Shown here piece after piece: positions 23,190 to 36,710 of a stretch of DNA of 64,000 nt. The notes under the pieces are model-generated. The model searched no databases, was not told where the DNA came from, and saw only the letters and a list, made by a program, of their open reading frames with translations. The position numbers were made by a program, and so were the translations under genes. Within the stretch, counting starts at the first letter, position 1. Every line of letters begins with the position of its first letter. Source of the DNA: Owenia fusiformis (taxonomy: Eukaryota). The DNA lies in NCBI GenBank assembly GCA_903813345.2, contig CAIIXF020000001.1, positions 12,276,001 to 12,340,000 on the forward strand. Reading direction: 5' to 3'.

Positions 23190-23677
23190 ATTTTTTCAAA
23201 ATCATCTAGGCCTACATGTTTTTAGAAGTTCAAATCTGAATTTATATTTAAGATTTGACCTTCAATGATCTTTTTAAGGTCAAAAGGTCTTTCTTCAACT
23301 TGACCAATTTTTTTTCAAAATCATCTACAAGTTCTCAACAGTTCAAATCTGACTATAGATTTGACCTTCAATGACATTCTCAAGGTCAAAAAGATTTAAC
23401 CTTCAATGACATTCTCAAGGACAAAAGGTCTTTTTTCATCTTGCTTCAAATTGACCTTTTTCAAAATCATCTACAAGTTCACAGAAGTTCAAATCTGACT
23501 TAAGATTTGAGATTTCACCTTCAGTGACCTTCTCAGGGTAAAAAAAGGTATTTTTCAACTTGCTTTTATTTTTTCAAATCATCTACAAGTTCTCAGAAAT
23601 TCCCATCTGACTTAAGATTGAACTCATAATATTATGAGCAACTAGGTGGTGACGTTTTGCCATGTTAATGCCTTGTT
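23190..23677 (-). repeat. Degenerate tandem array (~120-145-bp units), probably within a Helentron/HINE-like element
   Basis: Repeated TTCAAAATCATCTACAAGTTC..AGTTCAAATCTGA..GATTTGACCTTCAATGAC..AAGGTCAAAAG units. The right end reads AACAAG on the minus strand, as in molluscan HINE-type elements. Confidence 0.55.
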
Positions 23678-25398
23678 TATTATTGTATCACATTATATGA
23701 AGGTAAATCTCCTTTTGTCACCCTGGACTAACCCGACCATGTGACTTTCCTACTAGCTTGCCTACCGATATCCATATTTTAGGGTTCAATCTACCAGTTT
23801 TTGATTATCTAATCATGAATTTACAGCCACTTTTGGCCAGACATACACCAGAAGGCAATATGTGGGATGGCAATGTGCAGCTAATGATTGTAGTGTCTGG
23901 CTATTTAGTCATTAGCACAAAGCCTTCTTCATTGTCCTTACTGGTACTGTTCTTTTCAAACAGTTATGTTTCTGTAACAAAATGTTGAAACCTCGAAGAC
24001 AGGATTTTTCTTTTTCCCTTATTTCACAAGTTCAAAGACATTTTTATCACAAACATGTGTCAGTATCATATATTTAAGAAAATCTAAACATTTGTGAACA
24101 AATAGTTCAGAAGAACTAGTTTGAAAAGTGCAGTTCCAGGAATAGTACTTTATTTCCAGAAATGTTTGATTTGGTTGGTTCAAGAAATGATTTAACAAAT
24201 ATCAATCATATTTATTCAATACAATATATCTATTTAAGTATAATCTATATGGTTATACACAACAAGCAGTTTCAGCAATAATAAGATACCAGAAAATCAT
24301 GGGGAACTTAAGAGCGCAAAATACATCCATGCTAAATTTCTCTACTAGCCCAATACGCAGATACCGCACATACATTTTTCAGAACATTTTTGCGATGAAC
24401 TTTCCACTAAACAGTACACATGTTCATTCCGTATAAGCTTGATTTTCTCACATGATCCATTATGATCAAATTGAAAAACTCAAAAAGGAATGTCCGCTTA
24501 AAAATTTCACAAAGTGATATTAAAATTGTTACAAACATCAAACATCTACCATTTTTATTTTTTCAATGGTAATAAAATATACACAAATTCAATTTTTGAA
24601 AATCATCAGAAACTGTGATAATGAATTAACCGTTATTGGAAATAAGAGTAATGCCAAACATGTCTAAACAACCTGCTTTCTCCTATACTTAAAGTTACAT
24701 GGACTTATACATTTGTCAAATGTTGAAGACATACATGTACATATCTTCTGATTAACCATATTCAAAACTTTTGAAACTAATTAACAGATATTTCAACTTT
24801 TCTTTATACAGAACAAATCAGATACTTAGTAATTGGCTGTTGATATGGTGTTTAAACTGGAAATAAATATATATCTGACTGCGGTCCAATGGTCAGTCAA
24901 TCAAGTAAATATATATATTTCCCTCAAAATAAACCCCATATCTGAAACCTGCTGTTACATAAACCTCACGTACATAGTGTCATGAACATATAACCCATTG
25001 TCAGATAACATATACATTGAACATCTTTTATATATCATTGTGATTCAATGGATTATTTAACAGAGATCTTAATTCTTGATAGTAAATGCAAATTCTGTTA
25101 TAAGAGATGAAATAGATGTACATGTAATATATATATATATATATTATATATATACGAAATAAGCTAGTTTCAACTATACACATTGTAAACACTGGAAATA
25201 GGTGGTCTAAAATGATGGATCGCAAAGTCACAGATTCCCCAAACTGACGTTCCAATGATGAATTGAGAAACTTCAGATCAGTTCCATGATTCTTCCAAAA
25301 TAATCCACGAAACATATTCAAAAGTCATTGAATATATGCAAAATGTAAATAGTGAAAAAGCTAAGTTCAATGTGAACTAAGTGCTATATTGTATATAT

Positions 25399-28300
25399 CT
25401 ACTTAATGGCTAATAGCTCCACATCAAATATAAGTGTAGCATTGGGGGGAATTACCCCTGGGTAACCGCGGGGACCATAGGCATAGTCGGGAGAACAGGT
25501 TAACTTGGCTCTCTCCCCAACACTCATCTGAGCAACTCCTTCATCCCATCCTGTAACAATAGCATCAAGACAAAATGTTACAACATAGAATTGCTTGTTT
25601 GTGGATTTTGAATTTTTTGCATGTCAGGCACTCTGCAATATAGTAAATCATGTTCGAAACTTAAATACAGGTCAGTTATCTGATATGTTTTTACAAACTC
25701 CTATATGCTGATATATATAATATACAGGTGTATGCTGAATTATTTGATTTGTGCCTACTGCACTTTTTGTTGGCGCCTAGCTGAACCCTGTATATGTAAA
25801 TACAGTATTGCTATAAGCTGCTTTTTAATAAAACTGACATTGGTACTGGGCTCACTTGGGAAGATTTCAATATTTTCAAAATTGAACAGTAGGAGCTAAG
25901 AATAATTAAGTTTTTAGATATGAAATTTGGAGTATACAGTAGTTTTGTACACGTACTTGGTTAGCTTAAATTGAATACATGGATCAATAAATATATTAAA
26001 TACCATTTTCCACAATGAAGTTGGGACAGAGGAATTTCAGAAGCACATTAATAACCCGAGTCTTTGTGACTTGTTTTGCCAAATCGTGTAGACATTATTA
26101 ATAACAGGTACCAAACAAGAGAAGTGGGTGATAACAATAGCTCACCATGTAAGCTAAAAAGAGCTGATAAAAATTAAAATTGCCACCATTTTTAATGGGC
26201 AAGCTTTTGAGACACCACTTATGGAACAATTGACCACTTTGTATTAACACATTTCAAAAGTGAAACATTTCAACGTTTGATCATATAAAAAGTGCTCGCT
26301 CGATCACATACCTTTGATGACTTGTCCTTTTCCAACCTCAAATGTAAAAACTTTCTTCCTGTCACGAGAAGAATCGAATTTTGTTCCATCTGGCAATGTT
26401 CCTGCAAATCAAGAGAAAGGAATCCTGGTTAAAACACTGAAAAGAACATTTACACCAACACTTGAAAGAACTTATCTTTCCGATAAATCCTGCCACCTTT
26501 TGATACATCAGAGAAACTTGGATATATTGACTAGCTCGATGATGTCATTGGTTGTATTTTTTGAAATTGGCAATAAGTTAATCTTGTACATACATGGTCA
26601 GATTTCTACCTACAACCAATGACAACATCAATTTAGCCAATACATCGTAGTTTTTGTATTGTATCAAAAGGTGGCGGGATTTATCAAAACAATCTATTAT
26701 GGTTAAAAACCAACAGCACATACAATGTACTTATGATACAGTAAAGGATGTTCATGAACTCACAACACAATTATGGTTTTGGTAACCTCATGGACTTTAA
26801 ATAAATAAATAATTGCAGATTGAGTACCAGTCTTTGTTTGATTGATTTAATAAGTGAAAACCTCACCTGTATAGTGCACTTCTACAGTCTGTCCCTGCTT
26901 GGGCTTTGTATCACCTAAAATACAGGAGAAAAATCAAATAAGTGCATGATTATATCCCAGGGTATGTAACCTAAGAATCAGAAATAGTTGTATATTGATT
27001 ATAATAAAATGAATTAAAGAGGAAAAGTGAAGACAAAACAGGTAAAATCACAGATGCCAGTCAGATCATTTTGTGGTACTTTCAGTAGCTCAATTACTTT
27101 TCTTACTTTCAATGACAAATTTTGATCTGCTTCAAATTTGCCATTTTGTCAATTTTAGTTCAATAATTATGTTTCTAAATATTTTGGTAAATAATATATT
27201 CCATGTTAAGCAAGCAAACTAATTCAAATGATATCATTTGTGCAAAGATACATTATATACTTTAGGTAGGATTTTTTGCCAGAAAAAACTTAAATCAGAA
27301 AATGATCAATTTCATCTTGAATATATAATAATAATAGTACACATATCCTTAGTGCAATGCAACTATCTTGCACTAGGAAAGGGTTTCACATCACAAGAAT
27401 TCAGACTAGAACAGTTATTAAGCCTACAGTCAGAATTTCTGTCATGCTAGGAGCTTTCATCAATGTTAATATTGTTTTTTAACTTCTATATTTTTGTTAT
27501 ATGTCAGAAAAAGTCAGTTTCCTGGTGATCCTAAATGAGATCAATTGTCAAGACACAATCCAGATATATTGCCAAGAATTCTGTGCTTTATACTGAATTT
27601 CTACGATTTGCAATTCACCTTGGCCATGATTCAAGTATCAAAATAATGTTTACAGTATTGGGAAATCAACTGAGGCCAAAAAGACACCAAATCAATGAAT
27701 AAGACCAAATAAAAACTTAGGTAAAACTAGAAGTCAAAAGAGTTAAAGCACATTTAGTCTAGTGGCAGTATTTAGAATAGATAGAGCTCATTGTGATTTA
27801 GCCCCAAAATGAGTAAGGATTACTCTGGACTAAATAAAAAATAGTCCCAGCAAACAAACTGGTGAACATGAAATATTTAGAATTCACAATGGTTTGAGCT
27901 TTATTATACTCTAACAATGCAAAAAGTATGTATTTCCATTCTCCTTTGATGTTCCAAGGTAAGGTAAGATCATTGTGGTAAGCCATGCACTCTCCATCTC
28001 TATCCTTCTGGAGAGACCGTGGTCTTATGTGGACTTAATTTCGATCTCTGCGATCCTCAAATCAAGCTTTTTCGAGCTCTCCAATCAGAAGCATGAAACA
28101 CGATAACGTATGTTGATTGACATGAGATTTAAGGGTGCGGTAGGTGTGGCACCTCAGTCCAACACAATACACAGAATGGCATCGCTAGTGAGTCTATTCC
28201 ATCGTAAAACTTGATTTCAGTCGGGATTGTAGTTCAAACTTGAGCTTTGTTGGGATTTGGAACTGAGACTAACTTAAAGTTGAATCTAGATATGAAAAAA

Positions 28301-30834
28301 ATTCGTTGAATAAAAACAGCTTTAGCACTTAAATATCCCGGTCTAACTCCATCCAAATCATACAGTTACATTACATGAGATCTATAGATAAAACTTTGAC
28401 CGTGGTATGTTTGTTTAACACGGCTTCTTATCGCAATTTAGTCTTTATGTGTCTTAAATCAAGTATTTCTTGTTCGGTTTATCTGATTGGTCCTCATTCA
28501 ATACGTCACTGCTTAAATCAATATTATGAATATTTATGCCAGCCCCTTTGATCGGCATTTCAACCTCGAAATATCAGAGCATCTGAGATGCAACAGAGAG
28601 AGATGCTATGAGTATCAGAATGAGGTAAGATGATATGTGGAAATTTTGGAGTCTTACAAATACTCCTTGAAGATTTCAAAAATTAACCTCACTTCACAGT
28701 TTTCATGTTTTCTTTAGGGACCCATACACCTTCAATTCATCGTCATGAAAAATATGTTTGTGTGATGTTCACTTTGACATATCTCTTTAATCAGGAAATG
28801 CATTGTCATATAAGGAAAAAAGGGGGATAGGGATATAAGTATAAACCTTTCAATAGATCTAGTAGGATTGTGAATTTTATTGCCAATTGTAATGTCAGTA
28901 AATAACAACATCTCAGGGCGGCGCCTAGTCCAACAACAGTAGACATAGCCTGGGGCTTCGTTTCTTATCTGACTTGTCTTATGGCCCCAGCTTGGCCTAA
29001 CCTCCATCGTCGTTTTGGCATAAGTGCGTAATTTTAATAGTTCCCCTTGTTTCGACAAGCGGAACTAATTAAACCCTCATAAGATCCAGGGGGTCAACCC
29101 AGTTGTCTGAAACCCAGTTGTCCGAAACCCAATTCTCCGAAACCCAGTTCTCCGAAACCCAGTTCTCCGAAAATTAGGGGATCTTATCAAAAAATACAAT
29201 TTCTTAAAACGAATCTTGTCGCAACCTCTGCGAATCACGACAGCATAACATTTGAATCACGTTGACATCATTGCAAAATTAGGCTAAATATGCTAAGTCA
29301 AGACGTTAATTAGCCCACGAAAGTTCATGGGTAACTCGAGAACTACAAAATACAACCAAATACTTTTCGAACGTACAATAGCAATATTTCTCACCTAACG
29401 TCTTCATAGTTTTAGGAACGTATTTTAAACGCATGATAGCCAAATATCAAGATACTATATCTGCCTAAATGAAGTTATCTAGTGTTGACAAAGTTTTGAA
29501 ATATATTTTATCCAGATCCATCAGAAATTAACTTATCCAATACATTACTTTACTAGTTCTAGTATCTTGCATGACTCGTTCATAAGAATTCTTTAATTCT
29601 ACCTTGTTCCCAATACGTCCTCAGACAGACAAGAAATTGAAGTCACACCCGTTTGTTTGCGTGGCATATTTATACGTATACGCACTTTCTCTGATTATTG
29701 TCAAACAAATACATTTCAGGAGAAGAACAAATGCCTGAAACGAATGCCGAAACATAAATCCCAAGTGATTAAGTTTAGAATGTTTTATTCTTTTACGATT
29801 TGATAAGAGACCGAGACTAACAAATTAAATGCGACGAAATATTTTGACAACGTAATTTGTATACTGTTTTATTCTTAAAGTTCTATGCGATAACTTATTT
29901 TATCTGTTTCAAAATGTTTCATTTTATTTTGCCTATATAAAAGAGATTGAAGAAGATAAGATAAACTGTTCCGTAATATATATTGTGTTTTAATAACCTT
30001 TTTTAGAATCACAATGTAAAATAAATCTCCCGTTCCTGCCATTCTGGTAACGCCATGCAATGGATGCAATTCAAAGTGAGAGAGAGATCTATGAATATCA
30101 GAATGCGTCCATGCCATTAATTTGGCCAAATACATGGCATTAAACTGACGTAAGCTTAAGTAAGCTACTCCCCCCCCCCTTCTCTGGTAAATTATGACTT
30201 TATTTTTCGGAGTAATGTGTTTCTGACAAGTGGGTTTCGGGGAATTGGGTTTCGGACAAGTGGGTTTCGGAGAACTGGGTTTCGGACAATTGGGTTTCGG
30301 ATAACTGGGGTGTACCCAGATCCAGAGCTCTCGCAACGCTTTTAGAGTGTGGCAGGGCGCCATACTCTAATTGAGCTGCCACAATCTATCCATAGAAGGT
30401 AGTAACCACTGTCTAAACTGTAGTAACCACAGCCTAAATTGTTGAAAATTCAAGTTAATATTTTGTAAAATCACGATTATAAACATGAGGATCAGATGAG
30501 TTGAATCAAGATGCCAAACGTGGAGTATTCATTATATATTATTTGGAGAACTTCCCATTATCCGTGAAACCTGTGCATCGAATCATTATGAAGTCATTTG
30601 AAAAGCAAAAGGAACACCTATGCATAGGCCATAGGGTCGATATGAATTCAATTGAAAAGCAAAAGAAGAAAAAATGCCATAATTTTTTCGACCACTAATT
30701 TTTTGACCAGATTCTTCAGATTTTATCTATCATTCCTCAATAAATTATAGGCCAAATTAAAGATTCATCAGACGTTTATTGTTTGCAGAATACATACCAT
30801 TGCCTGGTGTTATAATTTCCCTTTCTACGCCCAT
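25399..30834 (-). CDS. FKBP1A: Peptidyl-prolyl cis-trans isomerase FKBP12 (108 aa), complete
   Basis: Exons 30834-30798, 26914-26867, 26401-26312, 25550-25399 (327 nt) give [108 protein letters not shown]. Missed by the ORF track. Confidence 0.96.
29090..30317. mobile_element. Foldback-type MITE in FKBP12 intron 1
   Basis: 15-bp CCGAAACCCAGTTCT-like tandem units inverted at the two ends, GG...CC termini, 8-bp TSD AGATCCAG (29082-29089, 30318-30325). Confidence 0.85.
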
Positions 30835-33800
30835 CTTTTAGGAGGAATTTTATTTTCCAAAAACCTGAAAACCGGTAGACTTGGTAGACACACAGACTAA
30901 TCTCGCATTTTCTCGCGAGATTATCTGATCTGGGATCCAGGGACCGGTTACAGATTTTTCATCAGATCGCCTTCCAAAGCTCATCTACCCGGCTAGCCTA
31001 TAGCTCTTTACCTCTAGGATGAGATTGACGGTTTCCATGTTTAATTCCCCTCGATATGTCCCAGGGATATGTCAATGTTGAATTCCTGCTACTGCAGTGG
31101 CGGATTTCCACCGTGACTGGCGCTCTAACCCCGGGCTCTAGCTCTAAAAGGGAGGGGGGGGGGGGCATTTCAAGCCCGAAAAAATTCCGGGCATATGTGG
31201 AAAAATCTTTAGGGCCCCTTATACCAAAATTTGGGCATAGAAGTTAAAGCCCATTTTTGATAAATTGGCCTAAAATTGAAAATAAGGCCCCGGTAACACG
31301 AGAGGATCCAGGAACCAACTAGGGCGGGGGCGGGCCCTGGTCTAGTATTTGAAGTATGAAAAAAATCCGTGGTTGCGTGGAAAAGAAATTTGGGCTACTA
31401 CTTCATTCTCCGATCTCAGGGCTTCAAAATCCAGAATACTTCTGAAGGAGGTACGGATTCTGGACACCTGCTTAGGCCTATACTATGGAGGATGCACTAC
31501 TCAAGTTACGTAAACGGATGACCGGGTTTGATCCTTTTTGAAATTCCGTTTACGTTACATAAGATCGATGATTCTGGGCCGAAGTTAAATACTTGGGCAT
31601 GTTTCTATTTTTGACGTTTTGGGTTCTTACCATGTAAATACCGGAAAACAATATATACCAAATTATTCTGAAGTCACAGGTCTTATTTATTATGACACTT
31701 ACCAGAGCATTTTACGAACCCTACTTTAAGTATGATTCGAGACAATGTAATAAAATTCAGAATTTTTATTTTTCAATCGTTTTAAGAGGGGTGCTATATA
31801 TGATTATTTCTTGACACTTTTTGTGTTTGAGACAATAAAAATCTAAAACTATTTAATTCCACTGTTTTCCGGGTCGGAGGTTACAAGGGGAAATAACTAC
31901 AAGGGGTTCAATGCTATTCAGTGATTTCTATCCACTTCCAACGTGTTTGAGTCAATTAGAAAAAATAATAAAACGTTTCGATTTCAATTTCCGTGAGGGG
32001 GTGCCATAGGGGATGATGCCGCATCAATCACATCTCCGTCCCCCATTGAAAATGATAGAATCATTATTTTTTATTCAATTATAATAATGCATCAATTCCT
32101 TAGATTATCGTCTTTACCATGTCATTATCAATGCAACTATGTAAAGACGCTGATTTCTCAACTTCAAAGGAAATCACTGGACCGTCAGGCTGGTTTTTTG
32201 TCTACTCGACCATGGGCTTTCAACTAAAAGCCCATGACTCGACTCATAGGAATTAAATGTTAAGTGTCATATATTTCAGAATTCATCGTTAGGTTTTAGC
32301 TGAAATCAAAAAATCTGAAGAAAAATATTGTATTTGTTTAAAATTCCTGAGATATCAAATGATTACGGTGTTGAAAATGTCACATATAAAATTTTGCGCT
32401 TTAAAATACGCAAATTCTAAATCCAGCCATCGTGCACCCGCATAAGAACAAAGAAATTTATCAAAACAAAAACATTTTAGATAGGTTTAGATATAAATTC
32501 AGATATTATTTCTCGATTCTAGAAGTATGGTCTTTTTGGAAAAAGCCTGACCGGTGTTATCGTTCAATCCATTGAACCACTGGCCATACGGCCACGGCGC
32601 GGGTGTAAGGCAGAAAACCCGATGGGCAAGTGATTAAATAGGTACTGATATATCTAAATAAATTTCGATATTCTGTGATTGGCACTCGACTTCATCTCGT
32701 GCTAATACAAAATTTCTCGAGCGCAATATATCCTGTATTGCACTTCAAAGCATTTAATAACTTATACTATTAGGTACTGATATACTTTAAGTTCTCAAAA
32801 ATTGGGTATATCAGGTTCAACTTTAAATTTTCCACTTGCTTTTGAAAAGTCACAGGTAGGACATTTTTCAAAGAATATAGCTTTTTGATGGGATATCATT
32901 GGACTATGATATCATATTTGCCCATCGTGTAATACTGATATCTATGAGTCATGTCCATCGGTTTGCAACCATATTTTAAAGTTTATCATTAACTAGTCTT
33001 TCATTATCTCTAGCCGAAGAGGTTTCTACACAGTGGTACATAGGCGTCCGTCCAAAGGTCTCTATAGAACATAACGGATAGTTATTTCAGCTAATATTAT
33101 ACCTGTGTATTTGATTTGGAATCAACCGGGAACTAACTTACATGCGAGTCTATCAGAAAAATGTGAGTAGCTTAACATTAAAACAGATCTTAGATTTTAA
33201 CCCTTGATTCTATTATTGGAATAAACTTGTCGTCATGATCATTGATTGTAAACAGGTTGCTTTTGTGTATTTGACCTATATGGAGTTTTGCCAAAATGGC
33301 GGGTCTTTCCTATTTTATTGTCCAAATATATAATGAAATATATAAAAATGCCAATGCTAGCTGCATTTGACTTCCAATTTCAGTTACTGCATGTATATAT
33401 TGCATCCAAGATTGTAAGTGATGGCGTATTGCATTTCCTTGATTCATTTGAATATGACTTCTTGATATAATTATAGCTTGCTTTTTGTGTTTATTTACAT
33501 AAAATTCACGACCTTTACGGTATGGAGCCTTGAGGAACTCCTAAGTTAGTATTAAAACCATAAGCTTGTAATAACTATTTATGATCGAGAAATGTTGTGC
33601 AGAGAATAGAATGAGCGAATTCGTTGTGTAAATCAACAGGTTCGAGATACACACAATTGCACAACCGGATTCATTTGACTCCAATGTGAAATTGCTTTCA
33701 TCAGTGATGCTGGTTCCCCTTACCGACCCTGATTGAGTATAAACCGGTAGGAAAAGCATAATTCGGTCACTTTATAAATCAATAGAAAAGGGGACCATGA

Positions 33801-36710
33801 TATTGAATAGGACCAAATAACAGTTAACACCTATAAGCTAAGAAGGGATGTTTTCCAGTGGTCAATGACCTGTTCCTCACAACACCGACCGATATTCATC
33901 CATTAACGACTGACTTGTCCATTTTTGGGTTTCATTTATGAAAATTGCCAAAAACAATCATTATGTATGGACTGCATGAATGACTAAGTCATTGTGATAC
34001 AAGGAGATTAGCTCGCAATTAAAGCCTCGTTGTACCATTCGGTGGCTGTCGGTTTGAAGTACCCTGTTTAAGCTTTTAGATAGACGTGTTTACTCCCTGG
34101 CGCATTTGCCTTTTTATTTATTCATATTTTGAAAAAAAAGTTTTAAGAAAATAGACGCGAGGATATTTGGTATAATACAATATGTTCATTAAACCAAAGT
34201 GACCTATTAGCTTTCTTGGATGATCAAAACTTGTTTTATACATTGATATTAAAAAATTATCAATATCAAATCAATTTGAATGAAAAGTCAACTTTTGGTT
34301 GTTTGATCTAGGGTGAAGAAAACAGTAGGAGATACCCATTCGCAGATTATGTGAGATTTCATATAATAGTTGGTTATTTCTGATTCTTGTGTATTGTGCA
34401 ATATGTGATTACCATGCATCATGGTAATGATGCTAAATGTGGTATAACAATCACAGTTTGATAACCACAACATCATACTGACTGCAGAACCAGATGACGG
34501 CATCATCGTAATACTGGGATCTGAGATATTTGCCCCTAAAAACCAATACATGGTGTACATAATGTGTTATATATATCATTTATTTACCTCAATCTCAATA
34601 ACCTAGATGCGAGTAGAAATAATATTGATTTACGTCATTAAAAATTCGTAATTCAGTCAAACTGATGTCATATTTGGAATCTACATGTAAAATTACACCT
34701 AAATATGTGGTTTTGAAAAGAGTTTATCAACTTTGAAAAATTAATTTTCTTTGAAAATGTGTTTTCTAGGTCGGGGAGATTCCCCATAGACCCTATGCTG
34801 TAAAACCACAAAAAGTGAAATATCTTTTCTTGTGTTGGGCATATAATATTTTCTTTTACTGGACATATTTTAATTTGTAACTCTATCACATACGTAATGG
34901 TAATATGAAAAGTTAACCACTAAAACTGATGAATATTCAAGTTTAAGGGAATTTTGTAATACCCTGCCATGTTATTTCCCCCGAATCAGCCACCTGGTGG
35001 CGAAACTGGTAACTACCTACTCGCATCTGAGTAATTAATGTTAATCATGTAACTATCAGTATTGATACTTGACACCATCCGTATATCTACGAGTGTTTTG
35101 TATTACAATATCAACACCTACAATGAAATTAAAGCTATGACTCAAATACCTTATTGATATGGACATTATAGACTTTTTATGAACTCATACTCCCCCACAT
35201 ACTAGATAGTATTCTTTAAATCAAGATAGAGAGAAATATGCATTTTATCTCGATATGTATCGTTGTAGTTGTTTATAAGGTCACAATCTCACACGATTAC
35301 CAGTTGTTTATTTAAAGTGATAACATTCACCCGTCCTCAAATCACTTAAAAATAAAATATGAACAGTTAAAGTATGATGAATCACGGAATCGGGAATAGT
35401 TAAACATTCAGATTGTTTGGAATATCGTTAATCCCTTGGACTATTGTTTGGTTTGGTCAATGTATGGTCTTCTATGTACTTCATTGTTCTGTTTTTGGAC
35501 AACAATTAAAGGAGTATACCCCACCAGTATTTTTCATCTTTGAAGACCTTTCCTTGGTGACCTTTCGATTTCAATTTGGTTTATGCTTGTGTAGCCCATT
35601 GTCTTATATGTTTACATGCATCTCTGCAAGAGATCATCTTTTTCGAATAAGATATTGGACTCTATATGGTTGAATTTATGATGTTTATAGCATTATTAGT
35701 GTCTAAGTAATCATAGTCAGGATGACCCACATTTATTATGAAAGTGACTTTCGACATGCATCTGAAGACATCAACTCTATTTGTTTATTGGCATTCTGTT
35801 TTGAATGTTTTTAAGGTTATCAGAAAAGGATATTGGACGGTATTCTGTTTATGTATATTTTATTACAAGTTGCAAACATACATACTATATTTTGTGATAA
35901 CACTGGATAGCTGTATTTATCATGATGGGTACTTGACCTATGGAAGACATGTACATACATATATAATACTCGTATATTAGTATTTCATATAATTGGCGGG
36001 AGGGATTACTGTGCCTCTTCAGTTTCATGATAGGCCACTTTATAAAATTTGTAAAACGCATCAATGAGTATATTTAGACTTTGATATCAAATATGTGTGT
36101 GATTTGCGGAAAAAAAACATATCGAAGGGTATCTTTAACCCAATTAGCCTACGTCTCTTTCGTCATGCCTTCTGTGTTTTCATGTCTTACACCCACTATA
36201 TCGTCTCATTTGCTTTACCAACCCGGTCACCATCAATCTTGTTGTTCTTCTTCCTTGTTTTGTTATATCTTCCACCCAACTACTTCTCCTTTTCTAAGTC
36301 CTCCGTCTTTCACCTACATTGTCGTCTCTTTCTCTTTGCCTAGCTTGTAAGGATGCGCCATGTCTCATATCTTTTGTTGTTTTCCACCAAACGCGTCGTC
36401 TCACTCGCCACTGGTCTTCTGCCGATATGTGTTCTCTTTGGGCATGTCATCAACTTGCAATATTTTGACCTTATTTGTTTTCGATAATTTCTCCAAATCA
36501 TATCTTCTCCCGAGCTATGCCTACTGTCTCAAGCTGCAATGATTTCCACCCTTCTCTTCCGCTATATGTCCAGCACTCTTCTCACTCTTGGTCTCCAATT
36601 GTTTTGTCTTGTTTTGTATCCGGCTTGCTTTTTAGGCTTTGGTTACAAAGTCACTTTCATATGTTTGTTTTTATTTCAAATGATGACGCATGTATTTATT
36701 TTTCAGCACC

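Noticed and set aside
27615-27986. Minus-strand ATG segments as FKBP12 exon 1
   Set aside because: Wrong phase or no similarity; the real exon [12 protein letters not shown] is at 30834-30798.
29875-30382. ORFs with PKPNC/SETQL pentapeptide repeats
   Set aside because: By-product of the 15-bp TIR subrepeats of a MITE in FKBP12 intron 1.
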